Shown one piece after another: positions 39,001 through 51,000 of a stretch of 64,000 bases of DNA. The position numbers and the translations under genes were made by a program. The stretch covers positions 62,001 to 126,000 of the forward strand of contig JAQGDQ010000179.1 of NCBI GenBank assembly GCA_030141605.1, in the 5' to 3' direction. The notes under the pieces are model-generated. The model did not search any database, had not been told where the DNA came from, and worked only from the letters and a program-made list of their open reading frames with translations. This DNA is from Tubiluchus corallicola. Lineage: Eukaryota; Animalia; Priapulida. Numbering within the stretch: position 1 is the stretch's first letter; each line of letters opens with the position of its first letter.

Positions 39001-42000
39001 ATCCGTGTTATGATCTCTTGGCCATTTTGTCTGACTAGTGTTGTCATCGTTGCTCAAACGTGCTGCACTTTTAATTTCCTCAAGGGTGCATTCAGAAGAT
39101 CTGTGTGATTTCTTCCATTTACCTGATTTCTTATCTTGTGAGTATTTGTGTTTAGCAACCTTTTCATTTTCACTGCTAGAATCAGAACTAGAATCACTGC
39201 TTGATGAGCTTGAAGATGACGATGATGTTGACGATGATGATGAAGATGAAGAAGAAGAAGAGCTTGAAGTTGAACTGTCATGGTGCTTTCGTTTCAGTTC
39301 AGAAAGCCGTTTTTTTGCATCTTTTACAGTTTCCTCGTCAAATGTTCTTTTAGGTGCTTCTTCGGACGATTTTTTTCGTGCCTTGTTTTCTGACCTAAAA
39401 TACAACAATAGCAGAAAATAATTGTTGGATTTGCTTTTGTTTCAAAAAAATGCCTATATGTAAATTTGTGCATGTGATTTTTTTACCTTGGCTTGCTTTT
39501 ATCCTTATTTAATAGATCTTTTAACATTTGTCGAGACTTTTCAGCTTCAGTAACTTCTTCTTGCATCTTTTCTTCAATCCTGGGCTCAGTTCTTTCCTGT
39601 ACAGATATTTGCTGTTCATTTACAAATTCAAATTTAGAACAATGATGTCATAAAAAAGAGTCATCACATTAATAATGGAATGTAGAAAAGTATTACATAC
39701 ATACGTTTCACGATCGAACAATCATTTGTCAGCAGGCAGCAGAGAAACATGAAAAATAACAGAAATAAAACAACATGTCAAAAATTGCCACAAAAATTGA
39801 TTAGCGACAATAAATACTATAGTAGTAAGGTCAATAAATCAAAGCACCTGCATCTGTTTATTCAGCAATAAAATTATACTGACATGATAAATGACTGGTC
39901 AGAAGAAACAATACTTGACATTCCAGATACACTTATGTAGTATCTTTAAAGTTAATTATCGAACTATTAACCGAAGTGAAAATAAATATTTACAGAGGCA
40001 TAATTATTATAGTCATGATTATAGCAAAAAAAACTTTACATTAACTTAACTGGCTACTTTAAATAGCAATACTTGTAGGTTTGTAGGATATTGTAAACAA
40101 TTATTTCAGCTCTGGCCTACAAAAAATTGGGCAAGTGCCTTTCAACCACACAACGTTCTAACATGGATTGAGCAATGAGCAATGAAAAAAAATTAGCGCA
40201 CTACCTTCCTTACACAGAATATGGATTAATGCAACAAAGCAATAAGATGTACACATGTTGCAGTATTCAGACATGTCTTTCTAGTGGAATTAATGCACAT
40301 CAAAAATAAGGAAGGGAATTTGGACTTGATATACAGTAGGTGCCGCTTAATAGACCCACTTTGGGACCGAAGTGTTTTGACCCAATTAACCGATGAGTGT
40401 AGTATTATTGGTAGAGAAGTATGAGTCATCAGGTTACCATGCACAGCAAATGTTTTTAATGAATTTTAGAAGTGAACTAATGCCTAAATTGTGCAGTTAA
40501 AAATTAGAAAAAATATTTTAAGATATTAATTTATAAAAGTAATTTAGCAATAAATTAAAAAGTATACTTTTCTATATCAGGCAAGTCTGTTTACTTGCAA
40601 AAATAATGGAAATACGTCTACGGTCGGCTGATTCATTTTTTGTGACAAGTTGGGTCAGAAAGTTCTCATAATGATAAAAAATTTAAAACTGTTGTATGAT
40701 ACACAAATATGTGCTTGATCTGCTGGTGGTGACCGTATTTCCCCACATGAGGCTTCATCTGTAAGCTTGCTATCTTGATTTACTTACTGTACTGTACCTG
40801 CATCCCTGGCATAACAGCAACAGCAAACTGATTAAACTTTCTGGGAAAGACAGCCAGAGCCTCTAAAACAAACCGCTAGGCAAGTGATTAATGTTTAGCT
40901 TCCAGGAATTCTTGGGTAACGAGGTTAATTGCAGTGGACGGGCAGGTCAAAGCAAACCATTAGGCCAGAATTAGAGTATGATAAACGTCCCTGCTTACAA
41001 ACAAAACGGTACTTAACATGATTGTTTATATGTATATTATAGGACAAAAGCGAACTAGTCACACGAAAGTGTCTTAATGAATGTGAAGTGAAGCATGAGA
41101 AGCAAAAATATTGAGTTATTATGCGGAGTTGAGTCTATTGACTGATTAAGTCTATTAACCGCAAGTCTAATAAGTGGCACCTACTGTATAAGGGTGGAAA
41201 GTATACAAATCACATTACAATAAACAGCTAAGCAATTGAAACCAAAATTTACTTAAGTTTGGTAACAAGTTATATAACATGAGTTAAAATTTGTTTTTTC
41301 GTAAACGAACTGTGTAACAGATACAAGACTATTTGCAAAAATATTAACGTATTCATCTGACAATTAATAAGTAGATACTTAATTTAATGTTAACGCTTTT
41401 TTGCTAAATTGGCCTACAACTAAATATTCACCTGCTACTGAATATTAGAAGTAAGCCGTTCTAGTAAGCACAGTTTACGAAAGCAAATATTTACCCATTT
41501 GTGCACGTCTTTAATATAGTCAGAAAGTTCCTCCAGTGCTTCTAAAGCTGTTTCACATGTTGGATCTACCTCAGCAGCTCGCTGAAACAGCCTGATAGCC
41601 TCTTCTTTATTGCCTTCTTCATACAAGCTATAAATATTAAGAAGAAATGTAACACCTGAATATCCAATAAAGAAGCATCAATTTCACTAAGAAGTAAAAC
41701 AACTAACATCATTATTTAGTCAAATTTTTTTTACTATTTGCACAAATTAGATTCTTATATGATATCACTACATTACAAATAAGGTAGCACAATGTCTTAC
41801 TCATGGCCCAGTGCAGCACCAGTTTCAGCAAGGTACTTTCGAGCATTTTTGTGCTGTGGATTTACTTTAAGAGCACGCTCAAAATCACTATATGCCTTCG
41901 CTAGGCTTCCCTGATTGGCAAACCTAAAAAACAATGAAAACATGTTTATTACACAAACACTTAAATTCAATATATATTTATTGTAAGTTTAGGATGAAAA

Positions 42001-45000
42001 AGAATAAACCAAACTACTTTTTTGTCAAACTTTTGATTTTCATTGAAGAAGTCTTGCATAGCGAATGTTAAAGTAAAGTTAATTATCAACAGTTTCATAC
42101 TACGGTTATCAGAAACTTGAGAAAAAAATATTCATTTCTGATTGCAAACCTGCCTTTTTGGATATACTATTATAGTGAAAAACAAAATATTTGACAAAAA
42201 TCCAATAAAAACTTAACTGTTAGCTTGCTATACTGATGAAGTCAAAATTAACAATCTTTCTATAAAAGACAGACACAAAATGGAACACTGCTTTACACAA
42301 GCTAACATTTTAATTATTATAAAGGTAGCGAATATAGCTTAATACGAAGAACAAATGGTTTTTTTTATACATAAATGATTTTTAAGTTTAAGAAGCTTAC
42401 AAAGCACCACGAGCAACTAGAGCTTCTATGTTTTCAGAGTCAAAATATAAGGCTTTGTCCAAATGTGACATGGCTTCATCAACATTTCCAGCTTTAAATT
42501 CTCGCACTCCATTAGCAACACTGAAACATTCATCAATATTTAGCAATCATATCATGCACTGGTGCACGTAATTCAGAAATAACTAAGCCAGAATGCGAAG
42601 CATTACAGTACTCGCATGCACGCAAGTTTTGCTTGCACATATTTGTAAAACGTACAGAGTCTAATAACGTGCTATGTTTTGGCTACTACCCTTCCATCGG
42701 TTTTTTTAAGGTCAATGAAAAATTTATCTATTGTCAAGTCACAAAAATAAAAAACCACCCCACACCACCCATACCGTGCTACAAAACAACAGCCAACAAC
42801 AAGAACATTTTGAACAATGCTAAAACTGCATTAAATAGCAAATGTTAATAAATCCTTCACTGAAGATCAATAATATGCAAACATTCTGCACACTCTACTT
42901 ACTACTTCCAAATGACAGTAACAAGCTGACTGTTAACATGCATGCATTTACAGTTTGATACAATCTAAATTTTTGTGAAAATTTAGTGCGTTGTTTGCAT
43001 CACAATGAGTAGATGATAGAGTTTTATATTACATGAATGAAGACCAGGCCGGTATCACAGTGAAATAAACGGCTTTATAGAGTCTTTCCAAGCTAGCAAC
43101 CCGCGCATTACAAAAGTATTTTTTTGACATGATGTACAAAATTATCCTTCAGGTACAAATAACTGCGAAAATATCAATCAATAGCCATGGTAACTATATC
43201 TCTACAAAATACCATTTGAGAGCCCAATGTTTCGCTTGACCCTGATACAAGACCGCTGCACATTCTTCAGCAGGAATAGACTCCCTGGAATGACAAATGA
43301 AATTAGTATAAAGGCATCACATAAACATGCTGAAAAACAAATTTGTATAAGTAAACAGGTTAGCATGTTTTAGCAGTTTTCTGAACTATTTTGTAAATAT
43401 TACAAAGTTAGGCACGCTTTAGTCACAGAAACTACCAAACTACCATACAGTACTTCCACCATAAAGCCAAAGACTGGTGTTACTATAAGCCAGTGAATTA
43501 GGCAATATTTGCTACTAAATTCTGCACACTGTAAAGTTCTATGATGAAAGACATGTAGCTATAATCTCGCAATTTCAATAACAGTAAAACACTTTAGATG
43601 TCAAAAATGCAATGTTTTGATACTACTAGTTTAATGTTCTGACCAGTTAATACAGCTAATTCATTTTGAGACAGACTTTTTCAATATAAAGCAAGAAGTC
43701 ATGAGGTCAAAAAACTGTTAACAACCTTCTTGCCCAAGCCAGCAAACTTCAGTTCAGCATATGCAGCCTTCGAAACGAGAACGGATTATGTGTTGCATAA
43801 ATTTTGATGCCTGGTACATACATTAACTTAGCTAGCTAAATACATTTTACAAATTTGTTATACCATTCTAGAGTGTGCATTAAAGAGGAGGGTGCATCAG
43901 CTGGGATCCCCATTTCATCTGTAAGATATTGTATGCTGCCGGGATTCCGACTAGCCAGTGTTCTAGACAGCAGTTCTGAGTAGGACCTGTCTAGATGACT
44001 AATGCTTCGTCTGTAATAACTAGGAAGCTCCTCGCTGTCAACCAAACCCTAAGTGATAACAATAAATTACAAAAGATTTTTGACAAACAGTTTCAATAAT
44101 GTTAGTCTCAAGATTTTTATCATTAGTTGATGCTTGGGTTTTACAGTTACCTGCAAAACCCTAACAGTTTTTTCTGTTCCTTGTGCACCTTATTTTATTA
44201 TTAAATACATTAATTTGCTAATCATAATATAACTCCCTAAATTTCATCTGCTGCAATTACTTAAACTCATCAGATTGTAAAAAGCGATCAACACTTTATG
44301 TACATGGAAAAAAGTTTCATGAAATCGGTTGCAGTAACATGCCAATTTCATAAAAAATGTTTGCTCTGAATATAAATAATTTGGGATCTAATTTTTTAAC
44401 AAGGATGGTTATGCCATCTAACCTATGAGTCACTAAGGGTCATCAGGAGGCAGTTGACCAGCACTTTGTGTTTTGAAGTAATCCCAAAAACTTTTATTTT
44501 AAATTCAATATTACAGAACAAATCAAATACGTGGCGATTTCTTCGCTTCCAATGAGTAGACTAAAAAAACGTGCTCAGTTCTGATTGGCTGACCTACTAA
44601 ATGCATATAACGAAGCCAAGTTTTACAGGCAATTCTAAATAAGTACAACTTTAGATTAAAGGGCAAGCAGAGAGAAATCTTCCGAACATTTCCCCCCTCT
44701 TTGATAAGTTTTAACAAAACATATCAACAAAATCTATTAATCTAGTCAAAATCAACAGTGTAACTAGTTCTACTAAACTACTTAATTTTCCATATAACCA
44801 TCAATACACATAGCAGTGGAAGCTAAATTTTAAGTTTTGAGTTACAAGTTTCAAGTTATTCTAACATTCGGTAATTAAAATTTTCCATTCTGTGCTACAT
44901 GACGTTTACGTTTAACTACAAAAAACAAAATTCTTGCAAACTTTAGCAAGTAGTACGAAAACGAATAATCGCAAAATCATAGTAATAATTTTCTGTGGTG

Positions 45001-48000
45001 CTGATCATCTGCAGTATTTGTAGAAACTTCACTTTTGATTGTCGGGTTTTTCTTCCTCAATGAACTCCAGTGGACAAAGTTTGGTGATTGGTCGTGTAAG
45101 TTCACTATTGCCAATCTTCAGTTTTGCAACTCGAGTGTGCCCGTCACTACCAGGGTAGACTTCTAGTATGCGTCCCATAGGCCACTGTCCTCTAGGTGTC
45201 TTTGGAGATATCACAAGTACGATGTCGTTTACTTGAATGTCTCTCTGCACACGATTCCATTTACTGCGTCTGTTGAGTCCTGGAAGCCATTCTCGCATCC
45301 ATCTTTTCCAAAAGTGACGTATTAATTCTTGGACACGCCTCCAACGCTTTCTAGGATTAAAGTCTGTGGTATCCACTGATTCGGGCGCGAATTGTCCACC
45401 AACTTGCCCAAATAAAAAATGGTTTGGCGTCAAGGGAATGTCATCTTTCTCATCTGCTGTTTGGTACGTCAATGGTCTCGAATTTAATAGTGCTTCTGCT
45501 CCGGTAAATGCTGTCATGAGTTCTTCATCCGTGACGTCAGCGTTTCCGAGAATAGCGAATATGGCTCGTTTTGCGGCTTTTACCATTATTTCATAGGCTC
45601 CTCCAAAATGTGGTGCTAATGGTGGGTTAAAATGCCACTTGATACCTTGGTTTGCAGATGTCCGTTGAATCTTCTCTTCGTCTAATTTCGCTAATAGACT
45701 TTGTAGTTCATTGTTCGCTCCTACGAAGTTTAAACCGTTGTCAGAAAGCATCTCAGTTGGCAAACCTCTGCGATTGACCATGCGATAGAAGGCGTTTAAG
45801 AACGAATCAGTGTCAAGGCCAAAGGCTATCTCTAAAGCACTGCCCGCGATGTCATACAAGTGAAGAGGCAAAGATAGCGTTTCTGTCGACGTTTTCCTCT
45901 TCCTTGAACTGTAATAAAAGGTCCAGCAAAATCCACTGCTGTCCTAGCAAAAGCTCGTAAAGGCAGTTTCACTCTGATCTCTGGAATTGGTGCCATCACT
46001 TGCGTTGCAGTTTGAGCTTTCTGCTCACGGCATTTTGCACATTCTTTCTCAAATTTTCTGATTTCTTCCCTGCCAGAGATTACCCAATATCGAGCTGACA
46101 GTGAAGCAAGAGTCTGATTCACCCCTATTGCATGATGAGCTTTTTCATGATGATGTCCAATTATCAACTTGGTCACCCAGTTATTCTTAGGCAGAATGAT
46201 CGGATGGCGTGCATCGTACGATAAGTATTCTGCGTGAATGAGACGTCCTTCGCTGCGAATAACTCCATCCTCGTCTAATCTAGGTTGCAGCTTTAATAAA
46301 TTGCTATTCTTCGGCAACTGTTGGTTATTCTGGAGTAATTTGTATTCCAGTGAAAAGGCTTCACGTTGCATGTTTCGTACAATGCTTATCTCAACGTCTT
46401 GCAATTCGTCTGGCTCTAATTCTCCAAACTTCTTGTGCAGTTTTGAATCACGACAGTTTTCTAGAAAACGATGTACCCATGCTTGTACTCGAATCAGTCG
46501 TAACCAACTGGAAAACCGCTCAGGTTTTAGACGCCAATTGTCATCCTGGTTTTGTATTGGTCCAGTAATGTAAGTTTCAGCAGTTTCACGATTAGATACA
46601 TGTCTAATTTTTGTTGGCTTTCTAAGTTCTGCGTCATCCACTTGCTGAAATTCTATAATTTTAGATGGCCATTCTTGCTCGTTCTTGTGAAGAAATTTCG
46701 GTCCGCTCCACCATTTTTCATCATTAATAAGTTGATTTGCAGTTTTCCCTCTAGTCACAGCATCAGCAGCATTCTCTTTTGATGTGACATGCCGCCATTG
46801 ATGTGGAAATGTTTGACTCTGAATTTCGCCTATACAATTAGCGATGAACGGTTTCAGTGTGCGACTTCTACTCCTTATCCACCATAAAACGTTCATACTA
46901 TCACACCAAAAAATTGCATTTTTTAGTTCCATGTTTAGTGCACCAGCTATGTGGTCCGTAAGCCTTAGCCCCAGTATTGCAGCCATCATTTCTAGTCGTG
47001 GAATACTAATTGCAATCAGAGGGGCTACACGAGACTTTGCTGCGATGAGTCGACACGATATAATTCCATCAGGATAGGTACAACGTAGATAGCTAACTGC
47101 TGCATAGGCTTCTTGCGATGCATCTACGAATGTGTGCAGTGTGCATGAATCTGTACCCCCCTCCGTGACCAAACATCTCGGAATATGAATTTCTGGCATC
47201 TCGGTCAATTCTGTAAACCACATTTTGGCTTTACATTGCAAGTTTTCGTCAAGCTCGTCGTCCCATCCTAAACCGGCTGTCCACATTTCCTGCATGATAA
47301 TTTTGCCTCGAATGAGAAATGCTGCCAGAAATCCCAATGGATCAAATATTGTAGCGAACTTCCTCAGTATATTACGCTTGGTAAATAAGAAATTGTCGAT
47401 GTCTATGGATTTTGGTTTGAAGGTGAAAACATCTTCCTTTGCCAGCCACAGTACTCCAAGTGTTTTTATACTCGGAAGAAGTCCTTCATCTAAGTTAATT
47501 TCTGATGCTCTCTCCTCTTGTGGTATCTCGGCTAACACTACAGGTGAATTTGATAACCATTTACGAGCTCGCATGCCAGCCTTTTCCCAAAGACTGGACA
47601 ACTGACTGTAGAGCTCTATGCCTTGTTCATCGTCGATGGCTGAATCCATGCTATCGTCCATATACGTCGAGTAGAGTATGGTTTCTGTAGCCATTGGATA
47701 CTGCAATTGAAATTTTTCTGCATGCTTCCGCATCACAAATTGTGCAAGAAATGGTGATGCATTTACCCCAAAAACGACCCTTTCGAATTCATATTGGTCA
47801 GGCTGTCTGTTTTCGAAATTCCTCCAGAGAAATCTGTGGTAAACCCTGTCCTCAGGAACAATTTTAATCATCAAGTACATCTCTGCAATGTCCGATACCA
47901 ATGCTACAGGATTTTTACGAAAACGAAGCAAGACATCGAATAAGTCTCTCTGCAGCTTTGGTCCGGGACTAATGACATCATTCAGCGAGACTCCATCGCA

Positions 48001-51000
48001 TTCTTCTGACGAATCAAACACCATGCGTACTTTTGTTGTCTCTCTATCTGGTCTGATTATTGGAAAATGGGGTAAAAACCATCGTCCGCATTGCTGATCT
48101 TCTAATGATGTCACTTGACGTATATAGCCTTTCTTCACATACTGCTGAATATTATCTTCGTATATTTTTGCCACTTCTGGATTTTTTAGTAGACGTTTTT
48201 CGGTGCTCTGTAGACTTTTCAGTGCCTTTTCGTAGCTCAATTTCGCACTAGGCAGCTCAACTGAATTATCTTTCCATGGTATGCAAACCTCATAATGTCC
48301 ATCCGTCATTTTCATGGATTTCTCTACTTTAGCTAAAGCGTTCTCTGCATCAATATCCAGAATGCGGCAACTTGGCATCGTGCCAGCTGAATCTATCTGC
48401 CAAAATTGTTGCAACATCTCATCAAGCCGAATTTCACTAGCCTCAGCCGAAAAATACGTGTGAACGAAATTGGTGCGAACACGATAACTGTCGCAATCAT
48501 TTGGTTGTCCTATACATGTCCATCCGAGTGGAGTTAATCTAGCTATTGGCTCCCTGGCTTTCCACGAACATCTCTGTACGCATAATGTAAATCGGTGTAA
48601 TCGCTGCCAATCAACATGTCTACGATGAGGCGACGTCCTAGTTTTGGAAATTCAATAGCTTTCAAATGGTCCCACTTGTGACTGCATTCATTCCAGTTTA
48701 TTACATTCAAATTTCCGGTAACTCTTTCAGCCGTTAATGCGCTGAATTTCATGTCCAGCTGGCCGTTGACACTCTGTAGATTAAATGTTACAGGTCTTGT
48801 TTCGAAAACTTTTGTTTGCCCATTTAAAACGCTGACGTTAATCTGCTGAGTCTCACCCTCAAGTCCTAACTCTGCTGCTACATCCGAGTTGATGTACGAT
48901 CTTGTGCTGGCATCATCTAATAATGCGTTGATTGTCAATTTACGATTTCCATTTTTCACGATTATTGGTATAGTTCGCAACATAATTTTTTCAACTATCT
49001 TGGGATTGCCAGATGTCATTGTCACAGCCGAATTTTGTTTGTCAGGTGGTATGGTCGATGTGCTACTGGGATGCGATGAACCATCTTCAGCTGCAGGTTT
49101 GATTGATGACGGTGTAGAACCAACAGCATTGTTGTAGTTCTTGTTGGTCGCGGCTAAATGGGAATTATTTTCTCTAACTTCTTTTGACGAATGTAGAAAT
49201 CTGTTATGATTGTATTTGCAGCTGTCTATGCCACAAACTCTGCTACGTGGACAGGTTTGACCTTGGTGATCTGACCCCAGACAGCGATAGCATAAGTTCA
49301 ACCGCTTTGCAGAGTCCCATCGTTGTGGAATGCTCATCTTGCCAAACTCATCACACCTCCAAACACCGTGAGGCCCATTGCAAACTTTGCATAATCTTTG
49401 TGATTGACTACTTCTGGAAACTGCAGCTTCTTGGTTATCACCTGTTGTCCCAAAGTACGATCTCGGTTTTAGTTTTGTGTCCAAATTGCTGGCCCCTAAA
49501 CCATAAACTGTCTCGTGTGCTATTGTGTAAAACTCTGCCTCGCGAATTATCCATTCTCTTAGCGAAATAACATTTTCTGCCCGACGTTTCTCGAATAGCC
49601 AACGCTGGAATTGAGCCAGCATGCTTTCTGGCATTTTCTTCTTTAATTTTGGGTAAAGTGATCCATTACCTAATTCTTCGTGTCGACCAGCCTCTTGTAA
49701 ATTTACTACGGTCAAGTCCAATAAATCTGCGAATTTTTCAATTTCTTTAGCGTGCTCAGTTCGAATTGGCCTAAATCTTTCAAGCTCTTCTAATTGCAGC
49801 GCCACCTGTCGTCGACGACCGCCATATTTTCTATCTAATCTCTCTTTAGCAGCTTGGTATGCAACTGCCGAATGTCCCAAATTCTCAATGACCTTCAACG
49901 CCTCACCGGATAAATACTGTCTAAGTTGCAAAAGTTTATACTCTGCTGTCGCTGGCGCTGAATCTATACAAGCACAAAACGCTGCTTTCCAATTTTCGTA
50001 GCTCTTTTTGTCTCCATTAAAAACCGGGATGGAAACTCTCTTTAATTGCCTCCACATATCAACACCTATGGAAACGTCCTCATGCTGCACGGTAGCTGCT
50101 GTGTTGTACCGATCAGCTGTTTGATGGCGGGTCCATGATGTGTTGCTAAATTCTCGCTGCTCAGAATCGAAGTGAGCTTCCTCGTATAGTTCAGCTTTTA
50201 CGTTATAATGTTCAGTAGCAGACGTTGTAGGGATATCACTCCCGACAGGTTTTGCAGGTGGCGTAGCCCATGGTGAATGCATGTTGTCAGATTCGATGTT
50301 TGCTGACGCCCTTGCTGTAGCAGTAGATCCGCCTCCATGTCCCAGTTTTAAGGTTTGCAGGTAGACCTGTGCTTTACTGTATACTGTCGCGTACTCGTCA
50401 GACAACTTCTCCAATTCGTCAATGACCTCGTCTATGCATTCTTCTATTTTTTGACCCCCTGTCTCATCTGTCAGGTAATTTTCCAGTAAATTCTCCACCA
50501 CCGACATTGCTCTACTTTGCGCCTCGTCTATCTTATCAAATAAATCTAAAATGTTCTGACGTGTTTCCCATTCGTCCTGGTGGACTTCTTGACTGATTAA
50601 TTGCAGTAGTTTATTTTTTAACTTCGTAAGTGCAGATTTGGCGCTAGCTTTTTCTGCTTTTAACTCCTGCCGACTAGTGTTGATAATTTTAGCGCTACGT
50701 ACCCTATCACTCTCCTTTCCAGCCGATTGTTGCTGCTGACTCATGGCTATGGCGATACGATGAAGTCAAATGAAACCCGATACATGTAGTACGACGAATA
50801 CGATAACGATATTTACTGCAGACGAGTTTCACAGCATAAATTACCGCAGACGAGTTTCACTGCATAACTACTCTCTGCTACCAGTTGTTTTGAAGTAATC
50901 CCAAAAACTTTTATTTTAAATTCAATATTACAGAACAAATCAAATACGTGGCGATTTCTTCGCTTCCAATGAGTAGACTAAAAAAACGTGCTCAGTTCTG

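Noticed and set aside
35966-39421. Many plus-strand and alternative-frame ORFs
   Set aside because: Shadows of the low-complexity TTC14 last exon.
48540-48570. Programmed -1 frameshift between protease and RT
   Set aside because: No X-XXY-YYZ slippery heptamer; Bel/Pao elements normally have one ORF; a second similar break lies inside the integrase.
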